Below are positions 57,299-64,000 of a stretch of 64,000 nt of DNA, one piece after another. Each line of letters opens with the position of its first letter. Position 1 is the stretch's first letter. A model generated the notes under the pieces. It had not been told where the DNA came from. It was given only the letters and a program-made list of their open reading frames with translations, and made no database searches. The stretch is from Candidatus Latescibacterota bacterium (lineage in GTDB: Bacteria > Latescibacterota > UBA2968 > UBA8231): positions 640,001-704,000 of the forward strand of contig OZ242318.1 of assembly GCA_965208105.1 (NCBI GenBank), in the 5' to 3' direction. Made by a program: the position numbers and the translations under genes.

Positions 57299-59035
57299 TC
57301 ACCAGCCGATGGCATACGACGTGGACCGTGGGTCCGCGCCGCCGGTCCTGGTGCCCGTCTCCGGATCAATGGTGATGGCGCACACGCGGCTGACCCCCGC
57401 GCTCCAATCCCCGCCGTCTTCGACGAGGTGGCCGCGGTCCCGCAAAGCCTCGCGCACCCGTGGAGCGATGCGGGATTCCACCGTTACCTCTCCGGGCAAT
57501 GATTGGTGGGGCCAGAACGAGTTCGGGAAACTGTGGCTGATGACGCGGGGGGCCTCGATCGCCTCCTGCGGCTCCATTCCGAACTCGACGATGTTGAGGA
57601 ACACCTGCAGCATCCCCTGCACCTGGGCATCGCCACCGGGGCAGCCGAAGGGCATGAACGGCTTCCCATCCTTGAGGACCAGCGCCGGATTCGGCGTCAG
57701 GCGTGGACGCTTCCACGGCTGCAGACAGGAGGGGTGCGACGGATCGAGCCAGGTCTGCGTACCTCGTCCCGAGACCGGAAAGCCCAGGCCCGGAACCACC
57801 GGACACCAGCCAACCGGATCAGATGGAGTCGCCGAGAACGCATTGCCCTGCCCGTCCACCACGCAGAGGTAGCTGGTATCGCTCTCCCAGTGAGATTTTC
57901 GCCCCGGCTGTGGACGATCGGGGTCGATGACCGGGAAGGGACCGTTCTTGCGGCGCGGTTCAGGATGGAACCGCCACGGGTCGCCGGGGGACGGCATGTC
58001 ACCGGCGGCGCGGCCGGGGTCGATGCAATTCCGCCTTTCAGCGGCAAAGCGCTCATCCAGCAGACCCGCCATCGGGACCTGCACGAAATCGGGGTCGCCG
58101 AAATACGCCTCCCGGTCGGCAAACGCCAGTTTGAGCCCCTCGATGGTGGTGTGGAGGTAATCCGCGGATTCGTGCCCCATCCCCTTCAAGTCAACCCCTT
58201 CGAGAATCTTCAGCGCCATGTTCAAGGCCGGCCCCTGGCACCAGGGTCCACAGGTATACACATCATGGCCCTTGTAGGCGATGCGCACCGGCGGTTCGAC
58301 CCGAACCGAGAAGGCGGCGAGGTCCTCGTAGGTCAGCAGGCCCCCTTCCCGGGCATGAAAATCGGCGATCTCCCGGGCAATTTCGCCCTTGTAGATCAGG
58401 TCGCGCGCGGCCCTGATCCCCGTTTCCCGATCACCCCCTGTTCGCCGTTCGGCGGCGATCATGCGCCGGAAGGTGTTAGCCAGGTCCTTCTGGAAGAATA
58501 TTTCCCCGGTCCGCGGAATACGTCCACCGGGGTTGAAGACCACCGCCGTCGACGGCTCACTTACCTGCTCTCCGGCCGCGAAGGCGTGGAACTGACCGTC
58601 GACGGGGTGGCCGTTTTCGGCGAGGTCCAGGGCCGGCTGCACCACCTGCTCGAAGGTCATGGTGCCGAAGCGCGCCAACGCCGTAAGCCAGGCATCGGGA
58701 GCCGCCGGGGTGACGGTCCGCAAAATTCCCGGGGGCAGGTCGCCGCCGTGATGTTCCTGGAAGTAGCCGATGCTCGCCCCTTTTGGCCAGCGTCCGAGTC
58801 CGCTGATGGTTTCGACAGCTGCGCCCCGGGCCGGGCAATAGATAATCGGCGCAACACCGCCGAAGTGGGTGAGCCCGGGTTGAAGCACGTTGATACAGAT
58901 GCCGACGGCGACGCCTGCATCGGCGGCGTTGCCTCCCCATTCGAGGATGCGGACCCCGCCCATCGTTGCGAGGTAATGGACCGATGAGACCACGTAGCGC
59001 TTCCCTCGGACCGACGGACGATGACTTCCTGGCAT
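57299..59035 (-). CDS. ggt: Gamma-glutamyltransferase family protein
   Basis: GGNAADA, DTSYLCVVD (N-terminal-nucleophile Thr), KRPRLTPNP, GCPGGDAQ, GGADPR. ATG at 59035 after GGAGG. Confidence 0.92.
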   Translation of the reverse strand: MPGSHRPSVRGKRYVVSSVHYLATMGGVRILEWGGNAADAGVAVGICINVLQPGLTHFGGVAPIIYCPARGAAVETISGLGRWPKGASIGYFQEHHGGDLPPGILRTVTPAAPDAWLTALARFGTMTFEQVVQPALDLAENGHPVDGQFHAFAAGEQVSEPSTAVVFNPGGRIPRTGEIFFQKDLANTFRRMIAAERRTGGDRETGIRAARDLIYKGEIAREIADFHAREGGLLTYEDLAAFSVRVEPPVRIAYKGHDVYTCGPWCQGPALNMALKILEGVDLKGMGHESADYLHTTIEGLKLAFADREAYFGDPDFVQVPMAGLLDERFAAERRNCIDPGRAAGDMPSPGDPWRFHPEPRRKNGPFPVIDPDRPQPGRKSHWESDTSYLCVVDGQGNAFSATPSDPVGWCPVVPGLGFPVSGRGTQTWLDPSHPSCLQPWKRPRLTPNPALVLKDGKPFMPFGCPGGDAQVQGMLQVFLNIVEFGMEPQEAIEAPRVISHSFPNSFWPHQSLPGEVTVESRIAPRVREALRDRGHLVEDGGDWSAGVSRVCAITIDPETGTRTGGADPRSTSYAIGW

Positions 59036-59289
59036 GCAGATTCCTCCTTCCCCCTGCCCCGGGGTGGTCCTCGACGCTGCCATGCACTGTGCCGGACAGG
59101 ATGAATAATCGGCCTTCTCCCGGTCCCCGACAAGGGCGCCGGATGGGGCAATGGCCAAGGTCAAGGCAACCCGCGTCCGCCGCGGCCCCGCATCCGGCCG
59201 CAGGTGGCGGAGATGCCTGATTGCCGCCGGATCAGTGATCGGATCCGCAATTGCGAGTCCCACCATGGATTCCGCCGGCCATCCTTCCC

Positions 59290-59318
59290 TTGCCATGGCC
59301 CGCCTTTTCCCGTACCAT
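59290..59318 (+). promoter_or_regulatory. Sigma70-type promoter for the ankyrin gene leader
   Basis: TTGCCA(59290-59295)-N17-TACCAT(59313-59318). Confidence 0.7.
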
Positions 59319-59323
59319 CCCGA

Positions 59324-59453
59324 AGAGCGCTCCAGGGCGCCTCCGGTCCGCGGGCAGGGCTGAGCCCACCTGACACATCTTCTTCGATCCACATTCGACG
59401 GACTCTTCCTGCCCGTCACGCGGACACCGGGTGTTTCCAGCGAGGAGGTCGTC
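59324..59453 (+). ncRNA. Structured 5' leader (candidate cis-regulatory RNA)
   Basis: Nested complementary arms CCGG/CCGG, TCCGCG/CGCGGA, GGCAGG/CCTGCC, GAGcCC/GGaCTC. The hairpin base abuts AGGAGG at 59443-59448. Confidence 0.65.
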
Positions 59454-61397
59454 ATGGCTGCTTCCCAACCTTCCCAGGGTGCGCGTTCTCTTCCGCAACG
59501 ACCCGATCTGCGCCAACTCAAGAAACAGGCCAAGGAACTGCTCAAAGGGTATCGCTCCCGCGACCCGTCTGCGCTAACCGAGGTCGCGACACACGAGCGG
59601 GAGCCGGACCCTGGAAGCTTCTTCCTGAATGATGCACAGCGGGTGTTGGCCCGGTCCTACGGATTTACAAGCTGGGCAAAGCTGGTGGAGCACGTAAACG
59701 GCCGCAGTGCCGGTCGCTTCTGGGCGGCCGCCCAGGAAGGGGATCTGCCAACCCTGAAGTCGATTGCCGCCAAGCGGCCTGAGCTGGTCATGATGTCCCG
59801 GCCAGGTCTGGGCAACCCCCTGCACTGTGCCGTGCTCAACCGGGATGCCGCCTGCGCCGGCTTTCTGCTCGAAAACGGGGCCGACCCTCACAAGGGTGTC
59901 TATCCGCACCGCGAGTCCACTTCCCCGCTCGTTCTGGCCCGGGAAAGGGGATACGACGACATCGCGGAGATCATCGAGCGCGAGCTCCAGCGCAGGCGGG
60001 CGAGGGCCGGCGCCACCCGTTCGGATACAGCCGAGGTCGCCGAAGCGATCCGCAAGGGCGATGAGAACAGCGTCGATCGGTTGCTCTCGGCGGACTCCGC
60101 GCGGGCTGCGGCGGTGGACGAAAGGGGCCGCAGCCCGCTGCATCACGCTGCCTCTGCCCGCAACCGGGGCCTGACCCTTCGAATCCTGCAGTCGGACCGC
60201 GAACTCTCCAGACCTGACGTCGATGGATTGGCGCCGATCGACTGCGCCGTTCTGGCGGTGGACTGGACGCGGAGAGAGGAGACCACGAGGGAAGCCATTT
60301 CCGTTGCCCGGCTCCTGCTGGAGCACGGGGCGGGTCCCACTGCGCGAAGCGCGGCAGCCAGCGGAGACCTGGCCTACCTGCAGTCGCTGAGCCGCGCCAG
60401 AATGGAATCCTGCGCCGGGGAAGGCGGAGGGTTGCTGACCCTGGCCGTGGAATTCGGCCAGCGCGAGGTCCTGGACCATTTGCTGGAGAAGGGACTCGAT
60501 CCGGACGAACGGGTGCTACTCGATGAGGCGGAGGAAGAACTCTACACCTGGGGAATGCCGCTCTGGCACGCCGCCTTCCTTTCGGAGTACGAGATGGCGG
60601 AATCGTTGATTGCCGCCGGAGCCGACGTCAACCCCTCGGTGTATGCCAGCGGTTCACCGATGGACCAGGCTTACGGCGCCGATGACGAGAAGATGAAGGC
60701 ACTGTTGCGGCGCCACGGTGCGCTTACCAGTGTCGAAACCATGGGGTTGTATCGCGACACCGAGACGGCACGGGAGGCCCTGGAAGGCAGGGCGGCCGCC
60801 TACTCCCATTCCGACCCGGCTGTGGACGGCACCCCCGCAGAGAAGATGCTGTGGGCAGCGGCATGCGGGGGCGATCCCGAGATCGTCGCCATGTGTCTCG
60901 CCCGCATCGACCGCGCACCCGACGATTCATGGTGGGCGGTGATCCTGCTGCAGCCGATGCGGACCTGGAACCATGGTTACCACCGGCGTCACTCGGGGTT
61001 CGACCGCTCTACCTACACCCGGTGCCTCGGCCTGCTGCTGCAGCATGGCATCGATCCGAACGTGACCGACCAGCGGGGGTTCACCGCGCTGCACCATCTC
61101 GCCCACGGTTCCTGCTCGCGCGCTTGGTACATGACCGGGGACGAGGAGCTGGAGTTCGGCCGCCTGTTGCTGGATGCCGGCGCCAGTACGACCCTGCGCG
61201 ACCCTCTGCTGAAGTCGACCCCGCTGGGCTGGGCTTGCCGCAACAACCGGGTGGCGCTGGTGGAGTTGTTGCTCGAGCGCGCCGCCGCCGTCAACGAGCC
61301 GGAGGCCGAACCATGGGCGACGCCGCTGGCGTGGGCGGCCAAAATGGGTCACGAGGAGCTGGCGAAGTTCCTGCGCGAGCGCGGAGCGGTGGAATGA
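59454..61397 (+). CDS. Ankyrin-repeat protein with N-terminal small helical domain
   Basis: N-terminus SLPQRPDLRQLKKQAKELL...DAQRVLARSYGFTSWAKLVEHV, then ankyrin motifs (GNPLHCA, GRSPLHHA, GFTALHHL, STPLGWA, ATPLAWA). Confidence 0.9.
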   Translation: MAASQPSQGARSLPQRPDLRQLKKQAKELLKGYRSRDPSALTEVATHEREPDPGSFFLNDAQRVLARSYGFTSWAKLVEHVNGRSAGRFWAAAQEGDLPTLKSIAAKRPELVMMSRPGLGNPLHCAVLNRDAACAGFLLENGADPHKGVYPHRESTSPLVLARERGYDDIAEIIERELQRRRARAGATRSDTAEVAEAIRKGDENSVDRLLSADSARAAAVDERGRSPLHHAASARNRGLTLRILQSDRELSRPDVDGLAPIDCAVLAVDWTRREETTREAISVARLLLEHGAGPTARSAAASGDLAYLQSLSRARMESCAGEGGGLLTLAVEFGQREVLDHLLEKGLDPDERVLLDEAEEELYTWGMPLWHAAFLSEYEMAESLIAAGADVNPSVYASGSPMDQAYGADDEKMKALLRRHGALTSVETMGLYRDTETAREALEGRAAAYSHSDPAVDGTPAEKMLWAAACGGDPEIVAMCLARIDRAPDDSWWAVILLQPMRTWNHGYHRRHSGFDRSTYTRCLGLLLQHGIDPNVTDQRGFTALHHLAHGSCSRAWYMTGDEELEFGRLLLDAGASTTLRDPLLKSTPLGWACRNNRVALVELLLERAAAVNEPEAEPWATPLAWAAKMGHEELAKFLRERGAVE

Positions 61398-61536
61398 GTT
61401 GAGGCAGGGCTACGCGGACCCGGCGGAACCGCCCCGTCGGGCAGGGCGCCGCGAAACCTGGTCACGAACTGGGGTTTGCGGTCCGGAGAGTGCTTCGGCC
61501 TGAGGAACCAGATGTTCCCTCCGACCGCGTCGTGGT

Positions 61537-62607
61537 TCAGGCCGCGCCTCCCTTGACGGCGATTTTGATCGCGTCTCTGCCGTCCAGGTGATAGCTGCCA
61601 TGGAGCGCGTCGAAGCCCTTGGAAACCTCCTCCAGCGCAAGAATGTGGCTTACGAACCCTTCGAAGAGGGAGGCGTGCTTTTCCAGCATGGGGATGGCGC
61701 GGAGAAAGTGCTTCCCCTCGAATCCCCATCCGGCCTCCAACCTCAGGTTCTTCCTCATCAACATCCGGTTGGGATTGCATTCGAAGGAGCCGACGTCCAC
61801 GAAATGCCCATACACGACATAGGTTCCGCCGTACTTTATGTAGTCCAGGCCTTCGGGGATGGCGGGGAGAAAGCCGGTGCATTCGTAGACCACGTCCGCA
61901 CCTTTGCCCTGTGAGGTATTCTCCCGGACTATCCTCTTGCGCTCTTCCGGGTCCGCCACCTCGGCGATGTCGATTACGAGGTCCGCCCCCAACCTCCTCG
62001 CCATCTCGAGCCGGCCCGGTGGTCCGCCTACGACGATGAGCCGTCCGGCACCGGAAACTCTGGCCCAGTTGAGCGCAAGGAGACCTATCGGACCCGTTCC
62101 CTGGATCACAACCGTGTCCCCGAAGTCGATCCCGCCTCGGGACACGCAATGTGCAGCACACGAAGCAGGTTCGGCCAGAACGGCGATTTCGGGCGGCAGA
62201 TCGGTTTTGATGAACATGATCTCGTCCGGGTCCGAGAGATAGATGAATTCGCTGAACCCGCCGCGAAGATAGGGCTCTTCTTCCGACGGAGAAAACCCGA
62301 TTCCACCTTCGGGAGAGACAGCGATTCTGTCTCCCACTTCCACCGGATTGCCGAGAGAGTCTTTATCCACCCCCTCTCCCAGGGCATCGATCACACCGAC
62401 ATTCTCGTGCCCGAGGATGCTATCGTGGCCGATGCGCTGGAATTCCCAGTTGTGGAGGTCGGTTCCGCAAATGCCGCCCAACTCCTGGCGCACGAGGACG
62501 GTTCCGGGAGAGGGATCGGCTACGGGATACTCCCGGATTTCAAACTTCCTGCCACTCATCACGGCGGCACGTGCTGTTCTGGTTTCCATCGTCATTTCCG
62601 GTATCAT
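61537..62607 (-). CDS. Zinc-binding alcohol dehydrogenase family protein
   Basis: GICGTDLH, ILGHE, GTGPIG, GADVVYECTG. Confidence 0.92.
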   Translation of the reverse strand: MIPEMTMETRTARAAVMSGRKFEIREYPVADPSPGTVLVRQELGGICGTDLHNWEFQRIGHDSILGHENVGVIDALGEGVDKDSLGNPVEVGDRIAVSPEGGIGFSPSEEEPYLRGGFSEFIYLSDPDEIMFIKTDLPPEIAVLAEPASCAAHCVSRGGIDFGDTVVIQGTGPIGLLALNWARVSGAGRLIVVGGPPGRLEMARRLGADLVIDIAEVADPEERKRIVRENTSQGKGADVVYECTGFLPAIPEGLDYIKYGGTYVVYGHFVDVGSFECNPNRMLMRKNLRLEAGWGFEGKHFLRAIPMLEKHASLFEGFVSHILALEEVSKGFDALHGSYHLDGRDAIKIAVKGGAA

Positions 62608-62728
62608 TCCCTGTCGGCATGTGGAGAGAAATTCGCCAGCCGGTCGTAGACTCGATTTCGGCTGTGATATAAAATATAGCCTGGATTTACCGCATCAAAC
62701 ACAACATGACCAAGTGAAGAGATTGGCA

Positions 62729-64000
62729 ATGGGACCCGCACCGGCATACCTGGCAGTTTGGGCCCTGATCGTCCTGACCTGGCCGTTGGGGTGTTCTCGC
62801 GAACCCGGCGAGCTATCCCGGGAAACCGGTCCTGGAATTTCCGCATCCGCCGGAAGTGGGGCCGCCGCCGTGGAGCCCGAATCCGGCAGGAGACCGGACC
62901 CCGCGCCCGCGGAGGCGGCCGCAGCACCTGGGGAAAGGGTGCGGTTCGTCGACGTGAGCCCCTCCTCCGGCCTCGACTTCACCCTCGAGTCCGGGTCTCC
63001 GCAGCAGGACTACATCGTCGCGGCCATGGCCGGCGGCGTCGCCTTTCTCGACTATGACGACGACGGCTACCAGGACGTCTTCATGGTCAGCAGCTCGCGC
63101 ATGGAGGGCCCCCCCGCCGGGGCTTTCAACCGCCTCTACAAAAACGTCCCGGGAAACGACGGCGGGCGCGTCTTTCGCGACGTGACCGAGGGATCGGGCC
63201 TGCAGCGCACCGGATGGGGGATGGGGTGCGCCACCGGCGACTACGACAACGACGGCGACGTGGACATCTACGTCACCTACGTGGGCCCCAACGCCCTCTA
63301 CCGCAACAACGGCGACGGCACCTTCGCCAGCGTCGGCCGCAGGGCGGGGGTGGCCGATGAACGCTGGGGCGCCAGCGCCGCCTTCGCCGACCTGGACGCC
63401 GACGGATTCCTGGATCTCTACGTGGCCAACTACCTCGTCTTCGATCCCGAGTCTCCCCCCGAACCGCGGCGCGGCTGGAAAGGGCTGGTGGTATTCTACG
63501 GACCCGACGGCATGGACACGGTCCCCGACGCCCTCTACCGCAACGACGGCGACGGTACCTTCACCGACCTCAGTGCGCGCACAGGTATGAACCGCTACTA
63601 CCTGCCGGGCCTGGGGGTGGTCTTCGGCGACTACGACAACGACGGCGACCAGGACATCTACGTGGCCAACGACGGGCTGCCGAACCTCCTCTTTCGCAAC
63701 GACGGCGATTGGCGCCTGACCGAAGTGGGCACCCCCGCCGAGGTGGCTTACAGCGACGACGGGCGCGCCCAGGCCGGAATGGGCACCACCTTCGGCGACT
63801 TCGACGACGACGGCGATGCCGATATTTTCGTCACCAACTATTCCGACGACGTCAACACCCTCTACCAGAACCAGGGAGACGGCTTTTTCATCGACGCCAC
63901 CTTCGCCCTCGGTCTGGGAGGCGAGGCACAGCCCTATCTGAGCTGGAGCACGAACTTCTTCGACTACGACAACGACCGCGACCTCGACCTCTTCGTGGTC
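62729..64000 (+). CDS. CRTAC1 / ASPIC-UnbV FG-GAP repeat lipoprotein (runs off window end)
   Basis: Manual translation from ATG 62729: MGPAPAYLAVWALIVLTWPLGC..., then DYDDDGYQD, GDYDNDGDVDIY, DLDADGFLDLY, GDFDDDGDADIF repeats. Confidence 0.9.
   Translation, partial: MGPAPAYLAVWALIVLTWPLGCSREPGELSRETGPGISASAGSGAAAVEPESGRRPDPAPAEAAAAPGERVRFVDVSPSSGLDFTLESGSPQQDYIVAAMAGGVAFLDYDDDGYQDVFMVSSSRMEGPPAGAFNRLYKNVPGNDGGRVFRDVTEGSGLQRTGWGMGCATGDYDNDGDVDIYVTYVGPNALYRNNGDGTFASVGRRAGVADERWGASAAFADLDADGFLDLYVANYLVFDPESPPEPRRGWKGLVVFYGPDGMDTVPDALYRNDGDGTFTDLSARTGMNRYYLPGLGVVFGDYDNDGDQDIYVANDGLPNLLFRNDGDWRLTEVGTPAEVAYSDDGRAQAGMGTTFGDFDDDGDADIFVTNYSDDVNTLYQNQGDGFFIDATFALGLGGEAQPYLSWSTNFFDYDNDRDLDLFVV

Noticed and set aside
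59036-59545. 170-codon N-terminal extension of the GGT ORF across the ankyrin leader
   Set aside because: GGT homology begins at ATG 59035, which has a GGAGG SD. The upstream open frame is low-complexity and overlaps the divergent gene.

Overview
A 64 kb window of a high-GC bacterial chromosome, densely coding, with no rRNA, tRNA, CRISPR array or transposase that I can find. Housekeeping genes are serS, folD, mnmA, nth and a complete Mrp/Mnh Na+/H+ antiporter operon. Catabolic enzymes include hydantoinase A/B, a D-aminoacylase, an amidase, two PhyH dioxygenases, Gfo/Idh/MocA oxidoreductases, a GH38 and a GGT, alongside several transporters. TPR, ankyrin and ASPIC/UnbV proteins are also present. 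The gene content resembles Ca. Latescibacterota/Poribacteria-like sponge symbionts, which is inference only. Two non-coding signals stand out. (1) A sigma70 promoter followed by a ~130-nt leader that folds into one long bulged hairpin ending at the Shine-Dalgarno of an ankyrin protein with a small N-terminal helical domain (LPxRPxLxxLKKQAKxLL...ARxYGFxSW). This is a candidate RNA-protein regulatory module. (2) A dispersed ~168-bp CTAG-flanked MITE family with five copies and two different terminal-repeat types. The intact copies share one covarying, G·A-rich hairpin core, and every copy sits on a stop codon.
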